DNA of 64,000 bases from Minisyncoccota bacterium (GTDB lineage: Bacteria > Patescibacteriota > Minisyncoccia > Phycocordibacterales > JABMNX01): contig JBBDOU010000013.1 of the NCBI GenBank assembly GCA_040876885.1, positions 6,033-70,032 on the forward strand, given 5' to 3'. The number at the start of each line of letters is the position of its first letter. The stretch's first letter is position 1. Under the pieces are notes generated by a model that was not told the origin of the DNA, made no database searches, and worked only from the letters and a program-made list of their open reading frames with translations. Positions 40,521 to 50,304 of this stretch are shown here, piece after piece. A program made the position numbers and the translations under genes.

Positions 40521-41126
40521 TTAATTTACTACTCTATCTAACCGGTTTGCGAAGTTAATAAGGGAAGTGTCGACAAATGCAGACACCGTGAACACCGCTT
40601 CCCCATTCTGACTCAAGTTCAAGTTAGAAAATATAGGGTCCTTGATGACCTTGCTACTTCCAAAGATATCAGCCTGTAGTGCAACACCGCGAAAGTCTCT
40701 CGCGACTCCTTTCATACTAATGCTGATTTTGTCATTACTGACACGAGTCATACTAAAACTTTGGAACTGAACACTTTTTAAAGTGAGGTCCTCCAAAGTC
40801 TCAAAAAGCACTGAAGGGGTGATGTGGTTACCTAAGATTTTTTCTGCTGCTTCAGTCCGTGAATCAATACGTACCAGCTCTTGAATGAGCGCAGGTTCAA
40901 ACGCAGCACGGGTGCGTTCTAATGTTTCTGTCTTTCTCGTTATGTTAACGTTAATAATTTGCTCGTATAAAAATGCCCCAACAGAAAGCACGATAGCACC
41001 GAGTGCTATGATGAGTGTAATAAGCGTGATAAGACCTAAAGGACCACCACCGCTCTTCTTTTGAATATTGGCTGCGGTAGCGAGTGTTTTCTTAGGGATG
41101 AATGATGTCCGAAATTTCGGCTCCAT
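40521..41126 (-). CDS. pilN: PilN-like protein
   Basis: SFIPK N-terminal motif, TM, position after pilM. Confidence 0.7.
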   Translation of the reverse strand: MEPKFRTSFIPKKTLATAANIQKKSGGGPLGLITLITLIIALGAIVLSVGAFLYEQIINVNITRKTETLERTRAAFEPALIQELVRIDSRTEAAEKILGNHITPSVLFETLEDLTLKSVQFQSFSMTRVSNDKISISMKGVARDFRGVALQADIFGSSKVIKDPIFSNLNLSQNGEAVFTVSAFVDTSLINFANRLDRVVN

Positions 41127-41144
41127 ATAATTATGTGTAAATGA

Positions 41145-42302
41145 TTAATTAAGTTCTTGAAGTTTACGTAATGCGACACCAACAGCAACAGCAAACTCCG
41201 GTCCAACCTCTTTTAAAACTCCTTCCAAGAACGCGGCTGTCTGAGTTTTAGAGAACGGGTCAGCAATGGTAACTTTTGTGTTAAATCGCGTTTGCGCTTC
41301 TTCAAGCAATCCCTTGAGTGCTGAACCTCCACCCGTAAACAAAACCTTATTAACACTTCGGTTATATTTTCGTTGGTAATTTAATAATACCCTATTAGAT
41401 TCTGAAAATATATGTTCGAGTGTTAATAAAATTGATTCTTTTACTTGGGGCTTCTCTGATGAACCCAGCAGTCCGACCTCTCGTTTCAATCTTTCTGCTT
41501 CAGCGACACTTACTCCGGCAGCGCGCGAAAGAGAAAGTGTTAAATCTTGAGAGCCTTTATTAATAATGTGCGAAATTTTTACAATGCCGAACTCAACCAC
41601 ATAGACTTTTGTTGATGCGGCGCCAATGTCAACAATCATGACAGGTTCTATCCCCTGTCCGACCGCTGATCGAATCGTACTGAAGATTTCAATCTCATAA
41701 AACGACACTGAAAGCCCCGTGTGCTCAAGCACCTCTCGATATTTATTTAATACGGCATTATGAATAGCAACCAACAACACGTTCGTCTGATTTGAAGTCT
41801 CTGGAGTACCGCCTTCTGTCTGCAGGGCGCTATCTTCTTTAGAAAGATATTTACCTTTCTCTGGGGGGATAATAAACCAATCAAGTGTCACCTCTGAAAT
41901 AGGTACGGGGATATATTTTCGCGCCTCAATAGGAATCATTTTGGAAAGTTTGCTTTCTTCTATACCTCCCGGGAACGACATCGTCGAGATAAGACTCGCA
42001 TTAAATGGAATCGAGACACCGCATGCGTCTGTGGTTGTGTTTGCTTCAGTAAGAATATCTTTAAGCGCTTCAGTAAGTTTTGTGGAGCTTAAATTTGTTG
42101 CCCTTCCGATATCAAGGTCAGCGTAGGGACCAAGCGCAAGCTCCCCGTACGTCTCAAGGACCGCAACCCCTCCTTTCTTTTTTAATTGAACCACTTTAAT
42201 AGAAGATGCCCCGATATCGATACCAAGAATACTCCTACTATCTTTGCCTCGAAAACTGAATGATTCGATAAAGTTCTTAACGCTGTCCAGTGGATTTTGC
42301 AT
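41145..42302 (-). CDS. pilM: Type IV pilus assembly protein PilM
   Basis: LGIDIGASSIKVVQL, EARKYIP, TGGGS, AVGVAL. Confidence 0.92.
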   Translation of the reverse strand: MQNPLDSVKNFIESFSFRGKDSRSILGIDIGASSIKVVQLKKKGGVAVLETYGELALGPYADLDIGRATNLSSTKLTEALKDILTEANTTTDACGVSIPFNASLISTMSFPGGIEESKLSKMIPIEARKYIPVPISEVTLDWFIIPPEKGKYLSKEDSALQTEGGTPETSNQTNVLLVAIHNAVLNKYREVLEHTGLSVSFYEIEIFSTIRSAVGQGIEPVMIVDIGAASTKVYVVEFGIVKISHIINKGSQDLTLSLSRAAGVSVAEAERLKREVGLLGSSEKPQVKESILLTLEHIFSESNRVLLNYQRKYNRSVNKVLFTGGGSALKGLLEEAQTRFNTKVTIADPFSKTQTAAFLEGVLKEVGPEFAVAVGVALRKLQELN

Positions 42303-42351
42303 ATATACATTATTATAGTAAATAAGTAGTTTAAACGCACGGAATATACAT

Positions 42352-42996
42352 ATGAGACATCGTATTACATTACTTTTGAAAACAATTCTCGATATTATAT
42401 TTCCTCAAGCAGGTATTGAGCGTGATATCGCGAACACTTCTCCAGAGACCCTTATTAAAAAACTCTCCCTCGATACCCACGAGAAGGTGCACTTCCTCTT
42501 CCGCTATAAAGACCCACTGATTAAGCAAATGATTTGGAGGCTCAAGTATAAGAAAGACACACACGTGGCACACCTTTTTGCGGTACTGCTCCACGACACA
42601 CTTTTAGAGGAGCTCTCGGACACACAACTCTTCTCTGGAGATACAGAAACCGTTATTGTCCCAATTCCTCTCTCAAAAAGACGTGCGCGAGAACGTGGCT
42701 ACAACCAAATGAAGCTCGTCACGAACGAGCTTCTTGCCCTTGGCGGATGTGCTGTTGACGTAGACCTTCTGGTAAAGAAGCGACACACAAAACCGCAGAC
42801 CTCACTCACTCATAAATCTGAGCGAGTACATAATATAAAAGAAGCGTTTGCAGTAACGTCTAAAAAAGACCTCAAAAACACACGAATATTGCTTCTTGAT
42901 GACGTCCTCACCACCGGAAGTACACTCGCTGAAGCAAAAAAGACACTCCTACAGGCAGGAGCTCGGAGTGTTTCTTGTATAGCACTTGCACATTAA
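42352..42996 (+). CDS. comF: ComF family competence protein (PRTase fold)
   Basis: VPIPLS..R..ERGYNQ; LLLDDVLTTGSTL. Confidence 0.92.
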   Translation: MRHRITLLLKTILDIIFPQAGIERDIANTSPETLIKKLSLDTHEKVHFLFRYKDPLIKQMIWRLKYKKDTHVAHLFAVLLHDTLLEELSDTQLFSGDTETVIVPIPLSKRRARERGYNQMKLVTNELLALGGCAVDVDLLVKKRHTKPQTSLTHKSERVHNIKEAFAVTSKKDLKNTRILLLDDVLTTGSTLAEAKKTLLQAGARSVSCIALAH

Positions 42997-43038
42997 CTTA
43001 TACAGTAAATAACAAATACTCGCGTTATTTAAAGGCCC

Positions 43039-43443
43039 CTAATTTATTACGAGTAGCGTGATTTGTAAGATGGTAGCAAATGCACCCCAAAAAAAATATG
43101 GCGCAAGGAGAACGACAACGATTTTTGACTGCGGGTATATCTTATAAAGGAGCGCACTCAATGTACCGAGTACAACTAATATATCTACAGTTGCGAGAAA
43201 CTGGTTGCCTAACACGAGTTGAATTGGCGTAAACGCAAGGTTTGCGAGAATGTTGACAGCATACAGTAAAAGGAGATTACCGGAAACCCGTCTCTTTAGT
43301 ACAAGATATAGTAAGTATACAAGCGCGAGCGCCATTAGTGGGTAGATAATTCCCCACGCTACACCAAAGACCCAATCTGGTGGAGCAAAGAAAGGTTTGG
43401 TTATTGATTGATAGTACGTTTGATAATCCATAAGAGATATCAT
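43039..43443 (-). CDS. TspO/MBR family protein
   Basis: KPFFAPPDWVFGVAWGIIY; LAPYFFWGAFAT. Confidence 0.88.
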   Translation of the reverse strand: MISLMDYQTYYQSITKPFFAPPDWVFGVAWGIIYPLMALALVYLLYLVLKRRVSGNLLLLYAVNILANLAFTPIQLVLGNQFLATVDILVVLGTLSALLYKIYPQSKIVVVLLAPYFFWGAFATILQITLLVIN

Positions 43444-43603
43444 ACTTAATTATCTTAGATAACCAAAACAAAAAATCTGAAGGGTGCTCAAGCGCGCTCA
43501 AGTCATGTGGTACCCAACAAGACTTAGATACCACTTAGAGTAAAGATAAAATTATGGTATCGTAGTGGGACTTGAAGACATGATTGAGTGAGTAAATCAA
43601 GTA

Positions 43604-43623
43604 ATGGAGACGTGGCTGAGTGG
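43604..43623 (+). repeat. Copy of the tRNA-Ser 5' end followed by a hairpin-rich insert
   Basis: ATGGAGACGTGGCTGAGTGG identical to 43766-43785. Confidence 0.9.
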
Positions 43624-43767
43624 ATTCAATAGTACCTTCGTACTATTGAATCCGGTTCAGGTTCCAACCTGAAACAGTCGTTGTCGAGTACGCGAGACAG
43701 ACTGTAGGAGGAAACAGAGATTGTGCTACCTTTAAAGACAAAGTGCGCAGAGCATAATCAAATACAT

Positions 43768-43852
43768 GGAGACGTGGCTGAGTGGCCGAAAGCGCCTCAC
43801 TGCTAACGAGGTAGGGTGAAAGCCCTCGTGGGTTCGAATCCCACCGTCTCCG
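43768..43852 (+). tRNA. tRNA-Ser(GCT)
   Basis: GGAGACG/CGTCTCC acceptor; CCTCA-CT-GCT-AA-CGAGG; long variable arm; GTGGG-TTCGAAT-CCCAC. Confidence 0.95.
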
Positions 43853-43911
43853 CAGCGACAATTTTTTATCGGAAGACCCGAAGGCCTGTATCCAGGGCTT
43901 GTAGAAACTTA

Positions 43912-44844
43912 TTAACCATAGTTAGCAGGACGAGCTAGTCCAAGTTCTTCAACGTAATCTCTAAGGTTACGATTTTTATCCTTTACCTGTTCTCGATACC
44001 TCCTTATTTGACTTAGCAAGAACTCGTCTTGGCTCTTATTGAGTGTATTTTCAGCTTCTTCAAGCATTTTTAGTGCTTTACTAAATTTGCTACAAGTATT
44101 GAGTTTGATGGCATAGTTATACAAAGCATGAGCCTTGCCAGACTGATCAGAATCATTAGCAAATTCATCAACCGTTAGCTGTGCGTATTTAAATGACGCC
44201 TCTCTCATTTTAAGAATCTTCTTTCTGTTATCCGACTGGTATAGGTACAAAAAAAGATTCCATCGTCTAATAAAACGATTATTATTTACCTTACTTTTGA
44301 TTCTACCGCCATTCATATACTTTTGAAGGTAATGCAAATACATGGTTGAGTAGTAATCAGCTAATTGAAGATATACTCTCGCAATAAGCGGTGCAGGCCA
44401 TTTTTTCCTATTCAAATCCTCAATTATTTTCTTAGCAAGATTTTGTGTCTCCTCGTCAAGTTTATCCGAAAGCTTCTCAATTTGTTCGTACTCATCTTTG
44501 TTTGCTTCAAGTGCAAAACCTATCCATGGAAATACATTTTCTGCTAACCTAAGATTCTTTTGTCTATAAACCATCATAGAGAGCTCATGTACCAAGCAAT
44601 TCAATTTTTCAGACTCAAAATACAGAACATCATCCCACTTGCCGTATGCAGTGGAAATAGGAATCACTTCATTTAGTCGCTCTGATAACTTATAGATGCG
44701 CGTAATGTCTTTAGCAGTCACGGCAAATCTCTTTACAGCTTCAACTTTTTGAAGGTCATTTGTGTTTTCGTAGAGTTTCTCAAGTAAAGCATTTGCTTCA
44801 TCGAAAGATCCTCGCGATATGAGATTATCTATTTCTTGAAACAT
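43912..44844 (-). CDS. Hypothetical alpha-helical (TPR-like) protein
   Basis: 310-aa ORF overlapping the upstream gene by 20 nt; helical repeats such as KAHALYNYA. Confidence 0.65.
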   Translation of the reverse strand: MFQEIDNLISRGSFDEANALLEKLYENTNDLQKVEAVKRFAVTAKDITRIYKLSERLNEVIPISTAYGKWDDVLYFESEKLNCLVHELSMMVYRQKNLRLAENVFPWIGFALEANKDEYEQIEKLSDKLDEETQNLAKKIIEDLNRKKWPAPLIARVYLQLADYYSTMYLHYLQKYMNGGRIKSKVNNNRFIRRWNLFLYLYQSDNRKKILKMREASFKYAQLTVDEFANDSDQSGKAHALYNYAIKLNTCSKFSKALKMLEEAENTLNKSQDEFLLSQIRRYREQVKDKNRNLRDYVEELGLARPANYG

Positions 44845-45742
44845 ACTTTCGACGTCTATACCAGTTTAGTGTTTTGTGCTTCAAAACTCTACCCATAAAC
44901 AATGGGTCTCTAGGCATACGATTGAACCACATCTTCTTTGTCTTCGGCGAATTAACAATAAAGTATTTGTGGGAGTGACCGTAGGTCATTCGGTTCCAAT
45001 CATCAACCTGATTTTTGTTGAAGCCCAAATAACCTCTGAGATTATTAATCCAGCTGAAACATACTGCTATTTCTGGTGACAATGGCATCCTTAGCTCAAC
45101 ATGTTTTTGTCCAAGTCCTGGAGAATACATCGGATGGAATTGCATCCTACTGTTAAAAAGGAATGCTGGTGCATCTGAGGTAATAAAACATGCTTTAGAT
45201 TGAGAGCACATAAATGCAATATTCATTTCCATTAGAATTTTTGTCATCTCGGGTACCATTTCAATAATACTAAAGCTATGGGCGTTTTTCTTTTTTTCGA
45301 ACCATTCCTGTTTTGCCTTCGATGCTTTTCCTGTCTCATTTTCAAATGCACTGAGTCTTTCTATGATCTGATCAAACATATGTTCAATGTTTTCTTTTTG
45401 CGGAACCGTTCTTTGAAGCATTGAAGCCACAAAAGCACAGAAATATAGATGCTCTTCCATATTCAGCGGGAGTTTCTGTTTAATTTTGGAATCAAATATT
45501 TTTGAGTACTTGTCTTCAATTTGTTGTAACGATGTCTCTACACTGAAATCATCGGTGCCAATGGTGTAAAAGTGCTCACTAGTTAAAGTGCTCCTTATGT
45601 GTTGATCTCTACCAATCTTGTCTTTTTTACTGAACACCCACACACGCTTACCCTTATTTTTAGGTAGATTGTAGTCAACAAAATTTTTCAGGTGGCACTT
45701 GGGTATTATGTGTTGGTCAATAGGATTAGATGTAGTCATCAC
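44825..45742 (-). CDS. DUF4238-like protein
   Basis: QHIIPKCHLKNF N-terminus, FITSDAP, MPLSPE motifs. Confidence 0.75.
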   Translation of the reverse strand: MMTTSNPIDQHIIPKCHLKNFVDYNLPKNKGKRVWVFSKKDKIGRDQHIRSTLTSEHFYTIGTDDFSVETSLQQIEDKYSKIFDSKIKQKLPLNMEEHLYFCAFVASMLQRTVPQKENIEHMFDQIIERLSAFENETGKASKAKQEWFEKKKNAHSFSIIEMVPEMTKILMEMNIAFMCSQSKACFITSDAPAFLFNSRMQFHPMYSPGLGQKHVELRMPLSPEIAVCFSWINNLRGYLGFNKNQVDDWNRMTYGHSHKYFIVNSPKTKKMWFNRMPRDPLFMGRVLKHKTLNWYRRRKYVSRNR

Positions 45743-45778
45743 TACGAAGTATATGGAAAATTGATTGTTTTACCAGAC

Positions 45779-46006
45779 CTACCCTATCAATTCAACTTTC
45801 TTGTCCTTCACCGTTAATCTACTCTTGAGACAATTCATCAGCTCTCGCTTCTCATCATTGGTGCCCTCCTGTAGGAGATATTTAGCGTACGTTCTCATAT
45901 CAAACTCTTTGATCTTTGATTCGTCTTCGTGCAGAATCCCTTTTCTAAATTTATTGAATCGTTTCAGTTCATCCTCAAACTTCTTTTGAATACCAAGCTC
46001 ACTAAC
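45779..46006 (-). pseudogene. C-terminal remnant of a large serine recombinase
   Basis: Start-less frame ending ...YAKYLLQEGTNDEKRELMNCLKSRLTVKDKKVELIG-TAG, resembling the C-terminus of the intact recombinase at 54805 (PEDKHKILQFLFSNLTLKDEKL). Confidence 0.6.
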
Positions 46007-46174
46007 GCAGACCGCAGTGTATTGCGCCTCGGGCCGTCACAAAGAATGAATAAAAATCATAAAATCAAATGACGCGCCTTTTGAAGTTCTGAAGTAGTGG
46101 ACATGTCTTTCAAAAGTTTAATTAATGGGTTAAGATTTGAGTGCCGTACATTTTATAAACAGAAATGAGGAGAT

Positions 46175-46396
46175 TTGAAAATGGGCCTACATGGAAGCCA
46201 TGTAACACGAATGTCTGATGCTTCTTCGTTCGACGAAATCTGCGTTAACTGCGGAGCTACCGACACAATCGGTGGCTGGGGGAGACTTGCCGAACCCTGC
46301 TCTAAATCTGTAAAAGACGGTGGAATGACCATCGAAGAGTGGGCAGAGAAAGACAAAGAGCGAATTAAAAGGATTGCAGAACAACTTGGGGCCTGA
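46175..46396 (+). CDS. Small hypothetical protein with CxxC
   Basis: GAGGAG RBS; EICVNCGA; terminator hairpin about 46416-46450. Confidence 0.6.
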   Translation: MKMGLHGSHVTRMSDASSFDEICVNCGATDTIGGWGRLAEPCSKSVKDGGMTIEEWAEKDKERIKRIAEQLGA

Positions 46397-46480
46397 CGAG
46401 CCCTTCCAAGCAATGGGGACTGTCGCATTTTGCTACAGTCCCTTTTTCTTTCTCAAAAAAAGAGTGTACACTAAGCCCAT

Positions 46481-46801
46481 ATGAACATAATCTTAACGAC
46501 AACAGAATCAATTGCAGGGCGTGAAGTAGCAGAGACACTTGGACTCGTAAAAGGTAACACTATCCAAACGCGACACATCGGAAGCGGCATTGTCGCAGGA
46601 CTCAAGTCAATTGTCGGAGGTGAAATACGAAGCTATGTGAAAGCATTTACCAAAGCTCGTGACGAAGCGACAGAGCGAATGCTTACTGAAGCCGAGGCGC
46701 TTGGCGCAGATGGAGTCATTTGTGTGCGATACTCAACTTCTCAAATTATGGCAGGTGGTGCCGAAATCCTCGCCTACGGAACCGCTGTCAAGCTAAAATA
46801 G
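46481..46801 (+). CDS. UPF0145/YbjQ family protein
   Basis: LGLVKGN...LKSIVGGEI...AYGTAV. Confidence 0.92.
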   Translation: MNIILTTTESIAGREVAETLGLVKGNTIQTRHIGSGIVAGLKSIVGGEIRSYVKAFTKARDEATERMLTEAEALGADGVICVRYSTSQIMAGGAEILAYGTAVKLK

Positions 46802-46848
46802 TCTCTTTTTTAGGCAGTCAGATATTTTTTTTGATATACTACCGACAT

Positions 46849-47370
46849 ATGAATACACACACATTGGGCATAGGGATTATTGTTATTATCGTAGTCGTTG
46901 GAGGATTCTTTTTCTTTACTAATAAAGCTGAGGCACCAGACAGTGCACTTCCGGTAAACACTGCAGATACTTCTTTCTATGAAGAAGGGGGTCCTGTTGT
47001 TGAATCAGAGAGCGACACTATGGGCACAGAAGACGCACCAATCTCACTACCAAACGAAGGGGAACGTGTTGTGAGCGTTGTGACATACACCGATGATGGT
47101 TTTTCTCCAGCAGAAATTGAGATACAAAAAGGTGACACAGTTCGATTTGAAAATAAAAGCTCTGACAGAATGTGGGTTGGTGCTGACATCCATCCAACAC
47201 ACTCCCTGTACCCAGTAAAATCAAGTGACGATTGTCTTGGGAGCTCATTTGATCAATGTCGAGCAAGTGTCGCAGGCGAGTCATGGGAATTTACGTTTGA
47301 TGAGGTGGGAGACTGGCGATACCACAACCATACTCGTGCATCGAAGCGTGGGACTGTCACCGTGAAGTAA
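46849..47370 (+). CDS. Membrane-anchored cupredoxin-domain protein
   Basis: GFSPAEIEIQKGDTVRF, HPTH, WRYHNH. Confidence 0.8.
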   Translation: MNTHTLGIGIIVIIVVVGGFFFFTNKAEAPDSALPVNTADTSFYEEGGPVVESESDTMGTEDAPISLPNEGERVVSVVTYTDDGFSPAEIEIQKGDTVRFENKSSDRMWVGADIHPTHSLYPVKSSDDCLGSSFDQCRASVAGESWEFTFDEVGDWRYHNHTRASKRGTVTVK

Positions 47371-47388
47371 TCTACATGCTATCATCAT

Positions 47389-47739
47389 ATGAATCGTGAA
47401 CACGTAACAGATTGGGTACTTCGAATCGGGTTTAGTTTTGCATTTCTCTACCCTCCCATCTCAGCGCTCGCCAATCCGTACGCATGGATTGGCTATTTTC
47501 CTCTTTTTGTAACCAATATCTTCCCCGACGCAATCCTCTTGCTTCATATCTTTGGAGTACTTGAAATTATTATTGCGCTCTGGGTGCTTTCTGGAAAACA
47601 TATCGTTATACCAAGTGCAGCGGGAGTTCTTATGCTCCTCGGAATTATTGTGTTTAACTTCTCTCAGATGGACGTCCTCTTCCGCGATGTTCCTATTCTC
47701 CTTATAGGAATTGCGCTTATACTGACGCATAGAAAGTAA
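47389..47739 (+). CDS. DoxX-like membrane protein
   Basis: LRIG...GVLEIIIAL...FRD; four TM segments. Confidence 0.7.
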   Translation: MNREHVTDWVLRIGFSFAFLYPPISALANPYAWIGYFPLFVTNIFPDAILLLHIFGVLEIIIALWVLSGKHIVIPSAAGVLMLLGIIVFNFSQMDVLFRDVPILLIGIALILTHRK

Positions 47740-47855
47740 AAATCCCCACATGTGTATGTGAGGATTTGGGGATTTGGGGGCTAGCCGGAGTCGAACCGGA
47801 GGGCTATCATCCTGCGGCTCCTACCGCTCGCCTTCGCCCGTAAATCATGCTCTAT
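47738..47855 (-). ncRNA. Candidate tRNA-like small RNA
   Basis: TTGACA-17-TATACT promoter (47888-47860); CCGG-TTCGACT-CCGG T-arm; terminator-like hairpin 47740-47767. Confidence 0.5.
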
Positions 47856-47933
47856 ATATAGTATATCACTTTGATTCGTATTTGTCAAGATGCGCTATCG
47901 TATAGTTGTTATTTCTATTGGTATACTAAAGCA

Positions 47934-50111
47934 ATGAAACTGAGTGACCTGATTGAAACACATTTTCGACTTGTTGAAACACAAAAAAAGGCGCTAAAAC
48001 GACTGCGCCTTGAGACCGTTGAGGACCTGCTCTACCACTTCCCTTCTCGGTATGAAAATATTTCTGATATTAAACATGTATCGAGTCTCAAAAAAGACGA
48101 CACTGCCATTTTGTATGGGAAACTCTCTGCACTTAAGACAAAGAAGTCGTTTAAATCCCGTGTCCCTATTTCAGAAGGTCAGTTCACTGACGACACAGGT
48201 TCGATTAAGATAATCTGGTTTCATCAACCATATATTGCAAAAATGTTTGGGAACGACTCTCTGGTAAAGCTCGCGGGGAAAGTAAGTGGCGATGGAAAGA
48301 GTATCTTTCTCGCAAACCCCGAGATTGAAAAAGTTGATGCTATACCAGGAGATATTCATGAATCACTCTTTACGAAGGGAGAAATAAAAGAAAACCTTCT
48401 CTATCCATTTTATCCAGAAAGCAGAGGTATCACCTCAAAGTGGTTTTTCCATACTGCACTAAAGATATTTGAAAGCGGGCTTATTGAGACACTCGTAGAC
48501 CCCGTACCAGATGAGATTCTTAAAAAATATAATCTTCCAAAACTCTCAAGCGCGCTTGTGTGGATTCATACTCCTAAAAATGAAAAAGACAATATCTCCG
48601 CACGAAAACGATTTGCATTTAACGAAGTATTTTATATCCAACTCCTGAAACAACAAGACCGATATGAAAACAACAGCAGGCATTCACTCAAAGTGACTAT
48701 TGATGAAAAAAAGATAGCAGAATTTATGGCACGGTTCCCGTTTGAACCAACACAAGCGCAGAGAGATGCGATTGATGCGATTGTTTCAGACTTTAAAAAA
48801 GACCGCCCGATGTCACGGCTCCTTGAAGGTGATGTAGGTTCTGGAAAGACCGCGGTTGCAGCGAGCACTATCTACTCAGTCACAACGTCGCGTCCACCAA
48901 ATTCCTCTGGAAAAGGGTTACAAGATTTTGGAGCACTCCAAACAGCATACATGGTACCCACTGAAATACTTGCACAGCAGCATTTCGAATCTTTTATTGA
49001 GATGTTTGCTCATCTCCCGATTAACATCGCGCTGATTACTTCAAGTGGATGCAAGAAATTCCCCTCGAAAGTAAATAAGGCCGAAGCGACAAGTATCTCA
49101 CGACCGCAACTCCTCAAATGGGTTAAGGGTGGTGAAATATCTATTGTTATTGGAACGCACTCGCTCATTCAAAAGACCGTTGAGTTCCAAAATCTTGCGT
49201 ACGTTATTATCGACGAACAGCATCGATTTGGTACACTCCAACGCCAAAAACTCACTCGAAAAGACACCTTTGCTCCTCATCTACTCTCAATGACCGCAAC
49301 CCCAATCCCCCGGACACTGGCGCTCACTATTTACGGCGACTTAGATCTGACTGTACTTGACCAAATGCCTCATGGACGGAAGCCAATTATCACTGATATC
49401 GTACTTCCGACTGACCGTAAGAAAACGTACGAGCATATGCGAGCGGAGCTTGTTGCGGGAAGACAGGCGTACGTCATCTGCCCACGGATTGACGAGCCGG
49501 ATCCCAAGAAAGCACTTGCGCTCAATGCAGTCTCTGTTACGGCTGAAGCAAAACGTCTTAAAAAAGAAGTGTTCCCAGAGTATGAAATTGGAATTCTCCA
49601 CAGTAAATTAAAGCCGTCTGAAAAAGCAACTGTCATGGAAGCATTTGCAGAAGGGACTATCGATATTCTTGTCGCAACCTCAGTGGTTGAGGTTGGGGTA
49701 AACGTGCCAAACGCCACAATGATTATTATTGAAGGCGCAGAGCGTTTTGGACTTGCACAACTCCACCAACTTCGTGGACGTGTCATTCGAAGTAATCATC
49801 AAGCATACTGTTTTATATTCTCAGACAGCAAGAGCACACAGACTTTAGAGCGACTGAAGGCAATCAAGACAGCAAAAAATGGTTTCGAACTTGCTGAGTT
49901 TGACTTAACGCTCCGTGGTTCAGGAGAGCTCTATGGTAAAAAACAATGGGGACTCACCGACCTCGGTATGGAAGCAATTAAAAACGTGAAGATGGTTGAG
50001 GCGGCGCGACACGAAGCAGAAAAACTCATTGCAGAAGATATGGAGCTCAAAGAATTCCCTGAACTCGCACGAACCATTGCGCTTAAAGAAAAGAATCTTC
50101 ACTTTGAATAA
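47934..50111 (+). CDS. recG: ATP-dependent DNA helicase RecG
   Basis: GDVGSGKT, IDEQHRFG, MTATPIPRTL, AERFGLAQLHQLRGRV. Confidence 0.96.
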   Translation: MKLSDLIETHFRLVETQKKALKRLRLETVEDLLYHFPSRYENISDIKHVSSLKKDDTAILYGKLSALKTKKSFKSRVPISEGQFTDDTGSIKIIWFHQPYIAKMFGNDSLVKLAGKVSGDGKSIFLANPEIEKVDAIPGDIHESLFTKGEIKENLLYPFYPESRGITSKWFFHTALKIFESGLIETLVDPVPDEILKKYNLPKLSSALVWIHTPKNEKDNISARKRFAFNEVFYIQLLKQQDRYENNSRHSLKVTIDEKKIAEFMARFPFEPTQAQRDAIDAIVSDFKKDRPMSRLLEGDVGSGKTAVAASTIYSVTTSRPPNSSGKGLQDFGALQTAYMVPTEILAQQHFESFIEMFAHLPINIALITSSGCKKFPSKVNKAEATSISRPQLLKWVKGGEISIVIGTHSLIQKTVEFQNLAYVIIDEQHRFGTLQRQKLTRKDTFAPHLLSMTATPIPRTLALTIYGDLDLTVLDQMPHGRKPIITDIVLPTDRKKTYEHMRAELVAGRQAYVICPRIDEPDPKKALALNAVSVTAEAKRLKKEVFPEYEIGILHSKLKPSEKATVMEAFAEGTIDILVATSVVEVGVNVPNATMIIIEGAERFGLAQLHQLRGRVIRSNHQAYCFIFSDSKSTQTLERLKAIKTAKNGFELAEFDLTLRGSGELYGKKQWGLTDLGMEAIKNVKMVEAARHEAEKLIAEDMELKEFPELARTIALKEKNLHFE

Positions 50112-50241
50112 GAGTCCTATTTGAGGTATAGTTTTCAACATCCTCACCCGTGACTATGAAATGCAAAAGACCTTGCATTTCATCCGATTCCGAGTGAAAC
50201 GAGGAAATCGTCGTCATTGAATGAAATGAAATAGACGATAG

Positions 50242-50265
50242 GTTGGTTAGAGCACCAAGCTTATA
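50242..50265 (+). repeat. Copy of the tRNA-Ile D-loop-to-anticodon segment
   Basis: GTTGGTTAGAGCACCAAGCTTATA identical to 50319-50342. Confidence 0.9.
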
Positions 50266-50304
50266 ATTTTAAACAGGGACTAACTAATGTATAGTTTCCT
50301 ACAT

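Noticed and set aside
31499-42996. Type IV pilus/competence cluster as a novel system
   Set aside because: This is standard, well-documented CPR gene content
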